A DNA stretch of 64,000 nt from a virus (lineage: Duplodnaviria > Heunggongvirae > Uroviricota > Caudoviricetes), in the IMG/VR virus record IMGVR_UViG_2799113165_000002, positions 1 through 64,000 of that record, one strand, 5' to 3'. Each line of letters begins with the position of its first letter. Position 1 is the stretch's first letter. Shown piece after piece: positions 35,189 through 44,919 of the stretch. Both the position numbers and the translations under genes were made by a program. The notes beneath the pieces are model-generated. The model worked only from the letters and a program-made list of their open reading frames with translations. It made no database searches and was not told the DNA's origin.

Positions 35189-35575
35189 ATGACGACACCC
35201 GCCCCGCGCATGTTCGGCCTCGGCGCCATCTTGACCGTGACGACCGACCTGATGCTGGTAGCCGACATCGGCGACATCTACGCACTCCTCAACTACATGA
35301 CCGGCGACAACCTGTTTACCCATCAATTGCCTCGTGCCGCAGGCGAATGCAAGCCAGCACTGCTGGCACAACATCCCCAACTGGCCGACGTCGACGTACC
35401 CGAAATGCCTGATGCAGAGGCCTACATGACCTACCTGGCCAACCTGGAAAAGGTGCACGGCGCCGAACTGGCCGTCACACCGCTGGCCGCGGGCGCGCAC
35501 AAGCACATCAACCCGTTGACCGAGCTAGCCGACATGATGCCCGGCAGGCCCATCATCACCGTTGTCGCACCATGA
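35189..35575 (+). CDS. hypothetical protein
   Basis: ORF only. Confidence 0.5.
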   Translation: MTTPAPRMFGLGAILTVTTDLMLVADIGDIYALLNYMTGDNLFTHQLPRAAGECKPALLAQHPQLADVDVPEMPDAEAYMTYLANLEKVHGAELAVTPLAAGAHKHINPLTELADMMPGRPIITVVAP

Positions 35576-35811
35576 AGCAGCCAGAACCAGGCGACTACGA
35601 AGTGGGAGAGCTTACCCAGGCCGCTATCGGCATGGGCATTAGCTTCGTCACTCTCGGCTCCCAAGACCGAGACATCACCGTGACCGGAGAATTACGGCAG
35701 ATCTACTTCTGCGCCGACATGGCCACCCTGCACGTGCTGCATAGCGAAACCCCTTTCGTCATGGACGAATACATGTTCACTGGCGACGAGACAGTGACGT
35801 TGACGGCATGA
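35572..35811 (+). CDS. hypothetical protein
   Basis: ORF only. Confidence 0.45.
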   Translation: MKQPEPGDYEVGELTQAAIGMGISFVTLGSQDRDITVTGELRQIYFCADMATLHVLHSETPFVMDEYMFTGDETVTLTA

Positions 35812-36260
35812 CCACCTCAACCCGTGACGCACTGCCGGACTGGATGACCGTCGGCGCCGAAGTGATGCAGATACAGGACCGGCGCTTCTACCCCAGCATC
35901 GTCACCCATGGCACTGTGGCCCGCATCCTCGGCCGGGACATCGTGGTGGTCGACACTGACTGCAAGGAGCTGCTGCGTTTCCGCCGCACCGACTACTCCC
36001 CGAATGACGATTACTTCCGGCGTCGTGCCAGCTCTTACGAATACGCCGATTCTGTCTACCTGTATCGCGCCGACGACCCCATGGCGGTGGCCATAGAGCG
36101 CCGGGCCCTCATCGCGGAAGGCATCAGCAACATCGCCCGGTGCGCCCGCACGCTCTCTATGGCCAGTCAGCCGTGGAAGGACTCGCATACCGCCGACGCC
36201 CTCGAAGACATGGCGGCGACCGCCACGCAGTTGGCCGCACTGATCAGGGAGGGCCGATGA
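35808..36260 (+). CDS. hypothetical protein
   Basis: ORF only. Confidence 0.5.
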   Translation: MTTSTRDALPDWMTVGAEVMQIQDRRFYPSIVTHGTVARILGRDIVVVDTDCKELLRFRRTDYSPNDDYFRRRASSYEYADSVYLYRADDPMAVAIERRALIAEGISNIARCARTLSMASQPWKDSHTADALEDMAATATQLAALIREGR

Positions 36261-36562
36261 TCCGGGAGCTAGGTATCCGTCGCTGGTTGGCTTGGCGCCT
36301 GGTCCAGCTGGCCCACCGCATTGCCGATACGACGGTCGCGGAGCGCATCGTGATCGTGGCGCCCGACGGCGGTCCGGTCATTGAATGGGAGATCGAGGGA
36401 GACGCCTACGGCAACGGGGTGTCCAGCCAGACCGGCCTCACCCACTTCGCGCCCGGCTATACCGCGCTGCACATTTTCGACGGCGAGCCCACCTACCCGT
36501 ACGACCTACACGCGATGGCCGCGTGGGCGCGGCTGCGCGCCTGGGAGGCAGCGCACCGGTGA
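36257..36562 (+). CDS. hypothetical protein
   Basis: ORF only. Confidence 0.45.
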   Translation: MIRELGIRRWLAWRLVQLAHRIADTTVAERIVIVAPDGGPVIEWEIEGDAYGNGVSSQTGLTHFAPGYTALHIFDGEPTYPYDLHAMAAWARLRAWEAAHR

Positions 36563-37236
36563 GGAACCCGGAGGCCGATGTCGTCGACGCGATAGCAGCG
36601 CTGGTCGACGACCAGCTTGAGCAGGAACGGTCGGGCTACGACCACAACATCAACCAGGACACCTGCCCGAAGTGTGGCGGCCCCTGGCACGGCCTCGTGC
36701 GCGGCACCTGCCCTGGCGCGACCGGCGTCCGGGGGAGCGAATCAGAACCTGCGACGGTCTCGCCCCTCGCCCAGATCACCCTGCCCGTCGAGCCGTGGCA
36801 GTGGCAGCAGCAGCGTTACTCGCAGCCCACCGTCACCGACGACAACGAACCGCTCCACTCGGAGTTTCGCCTGGTCATACCTCAAGAAACACACCCCCGC
36901 TTTGAATTTCATGAACCCGGCGACGACCCGCCAGCGTTGGATTTTCGATACCGGGTCATCGACCTACGCTGCATGTCGGCGTACTACCCCATGACAGACT
37001 TTGTGGCGCTAGGAATACGGGTGGAAGACCAAACCCTGACCCACACTTACCCGGCCGAGCTGATACACCGCGTCGTGCCCGGCTACCGCTTGGCCCACAC
37101 CGTGCTACCGCCACACCTGCCCGACAGCTACGTGGAGCTGTACACACACCCCAACTACGGCGCGGTAGCCATGTTCCGTATCAAGGGCGGCGCGCTCCAG
37201 TTCCGCCTCCGCTTTGCAGGGTTGGGTCGCCCATGA
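36559..37236 (+). CDS. hypothetical protein with N-terminal zinc ribbon
   Basis: CPKCGG...CPG. Confidence 0.5.
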   Translation: MRNPEADVVDAIAALVDDQLEQERSGYDHNINQDTCPKCGGPWHGLVRGTCPGATGVRGSESEPATVSPLAQITLPVEPWQWQQQRYSQPTVTDDNEPLHSEFRLVIPQETHPRFEFHEPGDDPPALDFRYRVIDLRCMSAYYPMTDFVALGIRVEDQTLTHTYPAELIHRVVPGYRLAHTVLPPHLPDSYVELYTHPNYGAVAMFRIKGGALQFRLRFAGLGRP

Positions 37237-37667
37237 CCGACAACCTGCCCGTTCAACAGCCACAGCCGGTCATCGCGCGTCGACTGCCCGGCCCGGCCGA
37301 CTGCTGGTGGCGCCTCGGTCCCAATATCCGTACCAGCAGGACTGCGGAGGACCGCGGCTTGGTCAACGTGGTGCAACACGTCGACTTCGACAGCAGGGGC
37401 TTCTACCTCACCATCGAGCTACGCGACGGCTGCACACAAGACGTCTGGCCGTCCGACTACAACCTGGTGCTGACCGACCCAGACAACACCGACTTCTACC
37501 CACCGACACGTGTTGTGCCACAACGTTTGAAGGCACTAGACCTTCTGACGGCGCGACCGCCCCTGCTTCGTATCCCGTTGGAATGGCAGCAGATAACCCG
37601 CCGGGGCGACCACGACCACCCCGGCGAAGACATGCGCAACTGGAGGTACGACAACCCATGGTCGTAG
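37233..37667 (+). CDS. hypothetical protein
   Basis: ORF only. Confidence 0.5.
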   Translation: MTDNLPVQQPQPVIARRLPGPADCWWRLGPNIRTSRTAEDRGLVNVVQHVDFDSRGFYLTIELRDGCTQDVWPSDYNLVLTDPDNTDFYPPTRVVPQRLKALDLLTARPPLLRIPLEWQQITRRGDHDHPGEDMRNWRYDNPWS

Positions 37668-37820
37668 ACGCCGACTGGAAACCACCCCGCACCAAGAACG
37701 GGCTACCGACTAACCCTGTCCGGCATACCCACACCGCTCGCGGCCGATGACGCCCCAACCCTTGCCGCCGCTCTGCTGGCAGCACACGCGGCGTCTTGTC
37801 GTCCGGCCTAGAGGTACTGC

Positions 37821-38390
37821 CTATCCCACGCCGTCCGGGTGGCTGGCATCGCTCATGACCTCTTCCGCGGCCGTTTCCCGGGCGACCACCTTCCAGTACG
37901 TCAGGGCCGCTGAGGGGTCGGGAAGGTTAACCGGAAACAGCTTGGTGTCGCGGCGCGGCAACTCGGACGGCACGGGGAGTTCGCGCACGGCTGTCAGCTG
38001 GGACCACTGGTACCCAATGCGGTTCCACCATGGGTACCTCGCTGGCCGGTCATTTACCGAGTTGGACACTTCAGAAGGTGTTGGTAGTCCCTGCCGGTTC
38101 AGAATGTCCTTCACCCCGGGGCCTCTAGCCAACGAGTACGTCGCCTCGTATCTTTCAGCGGCCTTGCGAAGCGCAGTCAGGGCATCGTCTTGCCGGTCCC
38201 AGCTGACCTCGGCATACCAGACCTTCGCGTAGATGGCGTAGTACTGCGGCAGTACGTAGAAAGAGCGCTCCCGCAGTATTTCCCGCGGGGCGCGCTCCAT
38301 CGCTTCGTCGAGGACCTTGAGCAGGTTCTTGGTGATGACGAAGTCCTCGTAGGCGTCCATCGTGGACAGGTACACCTCTGACAGGTTCAT
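37821..38390 (-). CDS. reverse-oriented moron gene of unknown function (candidate accessory/defence gene)
   Basis: The only leftward gene inside a rightward block. It has its own upstream intergenic region and is followed by a strong terminator. 190 aa, beginning MNLSEVYLSTMDAYEDF. Confidence 0.5.
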   Translation of the reverse strand: MNLSEVYLSTMDAYEDFVITKNLLKVLDEAMERAPREILRERSFYVLPQYYAIYAKVWYAEVSWDRQDDALTALRKAAERYEATYSLARGPGVKDILNRQGLPTPSEVSNSVNDRPARYPWWNRIGYQWSQLTAVRELPVPSELPRRDTKLFPVNLPDPSAALTYWKVVARETAAEEVMSDASHPDGVG

Positions 38391-38474
38391 GATGCCGACC
38401 CTAAACCGCAGAACACCAACCGTGCTGGCTACTCGGCAACCTCCCTGTCCCGCGGCTCGTGGCACGATTGCTGC

Positions 38475-38804
38475 ATGGCACTCACATTGGACGCGGACCA
38501 CCTACGTACGTCTGTCACCGAGCTGCGTCGGCTTGAGGACAACGTGCGCCTGAACCCTGATGCCGTCTTTTGGTCGGAGATAAAGCGGATCGCCGAATCG
38601 GTGGGTGTCGACAAGAATGACCCAGTCACTCGACCGCTGGCCGAACTGATTGCCGAAAAGGAACAAAGACAGAAGGTAACCGGCGATATCGTCCGCCTGT
38701 TCGTGGACGTGGTGTGGCGTGCCGCTCGACTGGTCGAGGGATTGCAGGACGAGATCTACCACATGACGCGGCCGGTCCTGCACGACCAGCCCTACACAGG
38801 GTAG
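38475..38804 (+). CDS. hypothetical protein
   Basis: Divergent from the moron gene, and followed by a terminator. Confidence 0.5.
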   Translation: MALTLDADHLRTSVTELRRLEDNVRLNPDAVFWSEIKRIAESVGVDKNDPVTRPLAELIAEKEQRQKVTGDIVRLFVDVVWRAARLVEGLQDEIYHMTRPVLHDQPYTG

Positions 38805-38890
38805 ACCCCGACACACCCGTCTGACCTGCATACGGGCCTGCGCCCGTATCACGTGTTATACATATGTCGTTGGCACCGCTGTGCCCTAAA

Positions 38891-38930
38891 CGCCCCCGGA
38901 CCTCACCCCGGGGGCGTTTCGTTTATCCGC
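38891..38930 (+). terminator. rho-independent terminator
   Basis: GCCCCCGG-ACCTCAC-CCGGGGGC stem followed by GTTTCGTTTATCC. Confidence 0.6.
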
Positions 38931-39263
38931 TTCCCGCCCCCGCGCCGCGTCAACCCGGTACCGCTGATACTGCCGGTAAGCGCGCGACCCCAGGTTCGCC
39001 GCGTGCTCGGCGCCAGGGTCACCAGGTACGCCACCACATCGCCGCCCGGCCTGTCGGGCGGGTGGTACGCCGATGCCCAGGACGCCCCAACTCCTTGGGG
39101 GTGAGGGCGCGCTGCGCCGCGCTGGCGGGAAGCCCCAAGGCTGGTGCACCGGGCCGCCATTTGCCCTCGCGTGGAACAAGCTGGGCAGCTATCGCGTCAC
39201 GGCCGAACGGGTAACTAGGCCCGGTGTACCCCAAACATGTTGTTAGGCAGGGAGATACACGCA

Positions 39264-39569
39264 ATGGACGATTCTTCGATCCTGCCCGGTCAACGTCCTT
39301 CGACCACATTCGTCGACCGCCTGCTGGACAAGCTGATTGACCGGGTACTAGACCGCGTATTCGCGCGAATCGGCGAACTCGACGACAAGCTGCCCGTGAT
39401 CGCCGACGCCGTTACCCGCGCAATCCTGGACCGCACTGGCCTCAACAAGTTCGACGAACTCGCAAAAACCATTGTGACAGAGCTACTTTCACGCCTACGC
39501 GGTCTCCCGTCCATCCCCTTCAAGAACCTCTTCCCCAACCTAGGAGACCCTGATGGCCGCACGCCTTGA
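39264..39569 (+). CDS. hypothetical protein
   Basis: RBS GGGAGATACACGCA-ATG. Confidence 0.5.
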   Translation: MDDSSILPGQRPSTTFVDRLLDKLIDRVLDRVFARIGELDDKLPVIADAVTRAILDRTGLNKFDELAKTIVTELLSRLRGLPSIPFKNLFPNLGDPDGRTP

Positions 39570-39903
39570 GATCCGCTTCAACGACCGCGTCATCTACTTG
39601 CAGGACGTCGACGAATACACCATCGACACCACCGCGGAAGGCACGGTAACGCTGGCCGCCATCGAGTCCGGGCATCGCGCCGACCCCGCAATCCCGACCG
39701 GCACCGTCATGGACGGCGTCATCAGCCTCGACAACCTGCCGCCAGAGTCCGTCGTCATCGCGCCGGACGCCCACCTCAGCGATGTCACCAACCAGGACCC
39801 CGAGGTGCTGGAGACCGTGCACACCGGCGAGGCGTACACGACGACCGGCGGCGAGGACCACACCCCGGCGGCGGACACCGGTAAGGGCGCCAAGGGCAAG
39901 TGA
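39553..39903 (+). CDS. hypothetical protein
   Basis: ORF only. Confidence 0.45.
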   Translation: MAARLEIRFNDRVIYLQDVDEYTIDTTAEGTVTLAAIESGHRADPAIPTGTVMDGVISLDNLPPESVVIAPDAHLSDVTNQDPEVLETVHTGEAYTTTGGEDHTPAADTGKGAKGK

Positions 39904-40382
39904 GCGCTCTGCCAGAGTCGTTCACGGTCAGCTACGACACCTGGGCCGGTGTCACCGACCGCCAGACCGACCCGGACAACGAGCCGGACATCCGACCCGT
40001 CACCGGCACCATCCTGTTCCGGTACCGGGTGCCGTCCGGCTGGGCGTTCCGCGCCGCCGAGTACGACCCACGCCCCACCGACTTCGCGCTCGACACCTTC
40101 ACCGCCCGTCTCGACGAGGGCCGGTTGAAGCAGCTGGATGGCACGGTCAACGTCAAGCTCATCGCCAACACCCCCCTCCTGGCGTGGGACCAGCCGCTGT
40201 ACATCGACATCAGCTTCTCCAACATCGTGTTCAACCGCGGTGACCGGGCATGGCGGAACTTCGCCATCGTCGCCCCCACCACCGGTGGTGGGACGGTCAA
40301 CCTGACCACGGTGCAGCGGTACCCGTTCCTCACGCCGCAGCAGTACGAGGGCTGGTTCCAGAACCACCCGGCGCCCGTCTGA
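39900..40382 (+). CDS. hypothetical protein
   Basis: ORF only. Confidence 0.5.
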   Translation: MSALPESFTVSYDTWAGVTDRQTDPDNEPDIRPVTGTILFRYRVPSGWAFRAAEYDPRPTDFALDTFTARLDEGRLKQLDGTVNVKLIANTPLLAWDQPLYIDISFSNIVFNRGDRAWRNFAIVAPTTGGGTVNLTTVQRYPFLTPQQYEGWFQNHPAPV

Positions 40383-40753
40383 TGCGCGCCGGTGTCGTAG
40401 TCGCCCGTAGCCGTGAGGACGGGGAGCGGGTGGCCGACCTCCTGGACCTGACGGGCTGGCAGATCATCACACCGGGGCAGTCCCGTAAGGGCCGCCGATG
40501 CAAGCCCGTGGTGATCACCACCGACCCCGACCTCCTCACCCCCGACGTCGTGGCCACCGTCGCAGGCATGGCGTACCCGGCATCCCAGCCGCTGACCTTC
40601 TACACCCTGCTCCTCACACTGCCCACCCCGACCGCACCAACGCCGCGCGCCCCCGAGGTGTGCGGGCACTGCGGCCAGCAGCTCGGCGGCGCATGCCCCG
40701 GCTGCCACCGACGTCAGCACGACCACACCAAGAAGAAGTGCTACCTGTGCTGA
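40382..40753 (+). CDS. hypothetical protein with C-terminal zinc ribbon
   Basis: CGHCGQ...CPGCH. Confidence 0.45.
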   Translation: MRAGVVVARSREDGERVADLLDLTGWQIITPGQSRKGRRCKPVVITTDPDLLTPDVVATVAGMAYPASQPLTFYTLLLTLPTPTAPTPRAPEVCGHCGQQLGGACPGCHRRQHDHTKKKCYLC

Positions 40754-41130
40754 CCCCACCCCCACTCCACGACCCGCTGCTGCGAGCAGTGATCGACGAG
40801 GCAGGTCTGACCATGACCTGCAACCTATGGCGCCAAGGAGAACCAGCCATGTTCCACAGCACCCCCACCAGCCACGCAGACATCGACCACCGGTTCAACT
40901 ACCACCGACCCGATGTCGACCAGGTCACCCGCCACGAGAGCATCCGCGGGAAGTGCCGGGACTTGGCGCACGACCTCGACTCGATCCTCCCGCCGGGCCG
41001 CGAGAAGGCCCTCGCGTTGACCAAGCTGGAGGAAGCGCTGATGTGGGGCAACGCAGCCATCGCCCGCGAGGTCCTGCGGGAGCCGATCGCCAACGCCCAC
41101 CAGTCCGTCATCCAGGACCACCACGCATGA
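40750..41130 (+). CDS. hypothetical protein
   Basis: ORF only. Confidence 0.45.
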   Translation: MTPPPLHDPLLRAVIDEAGLTMTCNLWRQGEPAMFHSTPTSHADIDHRFNYHRPDVDQVTRHESIRGKCRDLAHDLDSILPPGREKALALTKLEEALMWGNAAIAREVLREPIANAHQSVIQDHHA

Positions 41131-41570
41131 CCACCGCAGAGAAGGTCCACCAGGACGCCGTCGCTGGGCCGAAGGTCACCGTGGTCACAGTTAGCGGCGA
41201 CCGCCAGCACGGCAAGACCCATATCCTGCTCGACCTCGTCGCCGGTGAGATTCGGCGCGGCCGTTTCGTGCTGTACGAGACGTCGGACTGGCCCGTGGCA
41301 CAGGAACACCACCGCAACCTGGTCGACATCCATCTCATGCCGGGCATCGACGTGCTGGAGCGGGTCCGCCGCAGTGCTAACGACCTGTCCGTCCGACACC
41401 GCTCCGGCGGCCGGGTCCAGTTCCTGTCCATCGGACGGACCCGTAGCGGCGCGCACTACCGGGCCGACACGTACGTCTTCGACGACGTCCCGGTACCGCG
41501 GGAGCTGCTGTACGGCCCGCCCGCCCGCATCTACCACGCGCCGCGCGCCGATGATCGGCTGTTCTGGTGA
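41127..41570 (+). CDS. P-loop NTPase-like protein
   Basis: Walker A-like SGDRQHGKT. Confidence 0.4.
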   Translation: MTTAEKVHQDAVAGPKVTVVTVSGDRQHGKTHILLDLVAGEIRRGRFVLYETSDWPVAQEHHRNLVDIHLMPGIDVLERVRRSANDLSVRHRSGGRVQFLSIGRTRSGAHYRADTYVFDDVPVPRELLYGPPARIYHAPRADDRLFW

Positions 41571-41998
41571 GCAACCAGCGCACGATCCGCGCCGTTATCC
41601 CGGTCCTGCCCGACATGGACATGGACCAGGTGCTCTGGCACACCCGCGAGTCGATTGAGACCACCGCGGCGGCCGACGGCCTCACCGTCGTCGCTGTCAC
41701 ATCGGCCGTAATCCCTGTCGACGCCCTACCGAAGGACCCGAACACCGGTGTACCGCTCGCAGCCGCCAACCTTGAACGGCCACTCGCCGAGTACACGTTC
41801 TGCGAGTTCGTAGCGACCGTAGAGCGACCCGAGGCCGACACCAGTAACCCCCCATGCGGCTACTGCGGACACCCCTCCCACGCCGACGGCAAGTGCGAGC
41901 ACCCGGCACCCGACTGGCTCGGCGGCCCAGACGCCCTGTGCACTGGCTGCCCCGGTGACGCCGACATCCGCGGCCACAAGCCCGTGGGTCTCCACTGA
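41567..41998 (+). CDS. hypothetical protein
   Basis: ORF only. Confidence 0.45.
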   Translation: MSNQRTIRAVIPVLPDMDMDQVLWHTRESIETTAAADGLTVVAVTSAVIPVDALPKDPNTGVPLAAANLERPLAEYTFCEFVATVERPEADTSNPPCGYCGHPSHADGKCEHPAPDWLGGPDALCTGCPGDADIRGHKPVGLH

Positions 41999-42252
41999 TG
42001 ACCGGCCAGCGTGTAGGCGTCGTCATCGACGGCGTCGTGTACATCGACCACGTGAGCGGCAAGAAGTATTCAGGGGTCCATGCCTTCGGCGGACTTACAC
42101 CTGACTTAGAACCACCCGCCTGCCCGGCACCCGGCCAGGACCCAGTCGCCCGCGCCCACAGGCGCATCACCGAGCTGTACGACACCGTGCGGTACCTGAC
42201 CGCACCCCGCTGGAAGCGGCCACTGCTCCGCATACTCCGGTGGTTCCGCTAA
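41998..42252 (+). CDS. hypothetical protein
   Basis: ORF only. Confidence 0.45.
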   Translation: MTGQRVGVVIDGVVYIDHVSGKKYSGVHAFGGLTPDLEPPACPAPGQDPVARAHRRITELYDTVRYLTAPRWKRPLLRILRWFR

Positions 42253-42476
42253 TGGCCGACAACGTCACCCGCCTCGACGACCACCGCACACCGCTGACCA
42301 CCAACCACCGCTGCATCAAATGCGGTAGCGAGTGGTTCCGGCTGGACGGAACCCTCGCCGGACCCGATGCGCCCGCCCACGGCGCCGTGGTCCTGGCCGC
42401 CGACGACCGCATCCGCATAACCGGCTACTGCGGCACACCCCGCTGCCTGGAGTGCGGCCACCTGGTGGCGGTCTAG
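42252..42476 (+). CDS. zinc-ribbon protein
   Basis: CIKCGS...CLECGH. Confidence 0.45.
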   Translation: MADNVTRLDDHRTPLTTNHRCIKCGSEWFRLDGTLAGPDAPAHGAVVLAADDRIRITGYCGTPRCLECGHLVAV

Positions 42477-43228
42477 TGCTGTACGTGGTGACCGGCCCAC
42501 CCGCAGCAGGCAAGTCCACCTGGGTACAGGCCAACGCCCAGCCCGGCGACATCACCATCGACTACGACGCCATCGCCAACGTCCTCACCCCGCCCGACGG
42601 TGACCCCCACAGCTACCCCGAGCATGTGAAGGCCGTAACGAAGGCAGCCCGGCAGGCAGCCATAGACACCGCGGTCCTACTGATCGCCACCACCGACGTG
42701 TACGTCATCCACTCCACCCCCAGCGAGGCCCTGCTCACCAAGTACCGAGCACTGGGCGCTGAGGTCGTAACCATCAACCCCGGCAAGGACGTGGTGCTCG
42801 CCCGCGCCCAGCAGCAGCGGCCCCACAACATCCAGCAGGCAGCCCGCCACTGGTACGAGACCCACGACGAAGCGCCCACCACACCCGTGGACCCCGCCAA
42901 CGTCCAGGGCCTGGACGCAGATGGACGCCCACGTTCCCGCGCCTACCGCAAGCTCGTCGCCGACTTCCGCACCGCCTGCGCCCACCACACCAACGACGAC
43001 GGCACCACCGGCGCACCCTGCTGGATCTGCCACCGACCCATCGACTACACCATCACCGACCCGTACCACCCCGACGTCTTCAACGCCGACCACGCCGCAC
43101 CAGTCAAGGAACGCCCCGAGCTGGCCATGGACATCAACAACCTCCGGCCCTCCCACCGCGACTGCAACCTCAAACGCGGCACCGACGACGCCCACATCGA
43201 CATCGGTTTGCCCTCAGAGCAGTGGTGA
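42476..43228 (+). CDS. P-loop kinase-like domain fused to an HNH endonuclease
   Basis: N-terminal Walker A GPPAAGKST (AAA_33/zeta-toxin-like kinase fold). C-terminal HNH motif CWICHRPID...ADHAAPV...NLRPSHRDCNLKRG. Lies just upstream of the terminase genes. Confidence 0.6.
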   Translation: MLYVVTGPPAAGKSTWVQANAQPGDITIDYDAIANVLTPPDGDPHSYPEHVKAVTKAARQAAIDTAVLLIATTDVYVIHSTPSEALLTKYRALGAEVVTINPGKDVVLARAQQQRPHNIQQAARHWYETHDEAPTTPVDPANVQGLDADGRPRSRAYRKLVADFRTACAHHTNDDGTTGAPCWICHRPIDYTITDPYHPDVFNADHAAPVKERPELAMDINNLRPSHRDCNLKRGTDDAHIDIGLPSEQW

Positions 43229-43407
43229 CGCTGAAACGCCCTGTGCGCCCCTGCGCCACAGAGGACCGATGACACCCGACACCCCACAAACGGCCGTCTC
43301 AGGGCCAACCAGAGGGGTAAGGGGGCTCCGAAACTTCAAACGCCCAGGCGAGGCCCATGCCGCCCGGCTTGTGTCCTCCCCCCCCGACGAAAGTTGACGG
43401 AATCCAC

Positions 43408-44919
43408 ATGACCACGACCCCCGAGGACCTGGTCGTCCGAGTGTTTGCTGTAACCGACCTGAGGACTTTCGCCGGCAACCCTCGGCGCGGACAGGTCGAT
43501 GCCATCGTCCAGTCGCTCTCCCGTCATGGCCAGTACCGGCCGATTGTCGTCAACGCGGGCACTAAGACAGGTCGCCCGATGGAGGTGCTGGCGGGCAACC
43601 ACACCCTCCTGGCGGCCCGCAAGCTGGGCTGGGACACCATCAGTGCCACGTTGCTGGACGTGTCCGAGCAGCAGGCCAAGGCCATCGTCGCGGCCGACAA
43701 CCGTTTGTCCGACCTGGGTGACTACGACACCGCGGAACTGCTGGCGCTCCTGGAGGGCTTGGACGAGCTGGACGGCACCGGTTACACGGCGGCCGACCTG
43801 GAGGAGCTGGCGTCCGAGCTGACCGTGCCGGACGGAGACGGTGCGGTGTCCGATGCCAAGAGCACGCTGGCCTCCCGGTTCGGGGTTCCACCGTTCACGG
43901 TGCTCGATGCCAAGCAGGGCGCCTGGAAGCAACGGGTTAAGGCGTGGAAGGCGCTCGGAATCGCCTCGGCGTCCGGCCGCTCGGTCGATACAGAAGGTGG
44001 GTCGGATGCCCGTGCCGCAACGGGCATCATGGCGTTCAAGGCGCCTCAGTCGATCTACGCCAACTGGTACGAGATCAAGAACGCCGCTGAGAAGAAGATC
44101 GGCCGGACGTTGACCACCGCCGAGATCATGGAGCGCTACGGCGACGAGCTGAAGTTCTACGCCGAGGGCGGCGCCATCTCAGTATTCGACCCGGTGCTCG
44201 CCGAGCTGCTGGTGTCGTGGTTCTCACCGGTGGAGGCCGACGTCATCGACCCATGGTCCGGCGGCTCGGTCCGGGGTGTCGTATCGGCCGCCCTCGGCCG
44301 CAGGTACACCGGCATCGACCTGTCCGGTGACCAGCTGGCGGTGAACGGGGAACAGTGGGCGGTGGTGGAGCCGCGACTCCCGCAGATGGCCACGACCGTC
44401 ACGGCACCGCAGTGGATTCAGGGCGACTCTCGCGACGTTCTCAAGACCCTGGATGACGAGTCGTTCGACATGATGATCGGCTGCCCGCCCTACTACGACC
44501 TGGAGCAGTACTCCAAGGACCCGGCCGACCTGTCGGCCATGTCCACGGACGAGTTCGACGCCGCCTTCATCGAGACCATCGCCGAGGTGGCCCGGGTGCT
44601 GCGGCCCGACTCGTTCGCGGCACTCGTGGTCGGGTCAGCCCGCGACAAGCGCGGGGACCTACGCGATATGCGATCCCTGGTTTCCCGCGCGGCCGACGCC
44701 ACCGGAATGAAGCTCGCCAACGACGCCGTACTCCTGACCGCCATCGGGTCCAACGCCGCCCGCGCGGCACGCCCCTTCTCCAAAGGTCGCGCACTGGGCC
44801 GGGTGCACCAGGACATCTTGGTGTTGGTGAAGGGCGACCGGATACGGGCTGCACGCCGTTGCGGGGAGGAAGTCACCTTGATCGCGGAACCCGAGCTGGA
44901 CGAGGACGGTGAGGATTGA
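43408..44919 (+). CDS. ParB-like nuclease N-domain fused to a DNA methyltransferase (N6A/N4C type)
   Basis: ParB N-domain IVVNAGTKTGRPMEVLAGNHTLLAARKLGW. MTase motif I-like DPWSGGS and motif IV-like CPPYYD. Confidence 0.6.
   Translation: MTTTPEDLVVRVFAVTDLRTFAGNPRRGQVDAIVQSLSRHGQYRPIVVNAGTKTGRPMEVLAGNHTLLAARKLGWDTISATLLDVSEQQAKAIVAADNRLSDLGDYDTAELLALLEGLDELDGTGYTAADLEELASELTVPDGDGAVSDAKSTLASRFGVPPFTVLDAKQGAWKQRVKAWKALGIASASGRSVDTEGGSDARAATGIMAFKAPQSIYANWYEIKNAAEKKIGRTLTTAEIMERYGDELKFYAEGGAISVFDPVLAELLVSWFSPVEADVIDPWSGGSVRGVVSAALGRRYTGIDLSGDQLAVNGEQWAVVEPRLPQMATTVTAPQWIQGDSRDVLKTLDDESFDMMIGCPPYYDLEQYSKDPADLSAMSTDEFDAAFIETIAEVARVLRPDSFAALVVGSARDKRGDLRDMRSLVSRAADATGMKLANDAVLLTAIGSNAARAARPFSKGRALGRVHQDILVLVKGDRIRAARRCGEEVTLIAEPELDEDGED

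Noticed and set aside
38940-39240. GC-rich, ORF-poor stretch that could host a small RNA or another tRNA
   Set aside because: No tRNA-like arms or conserved repeats. It is most simply the promoter/leader region between the terminator at 38891-38930 and the next operon start at 39264.
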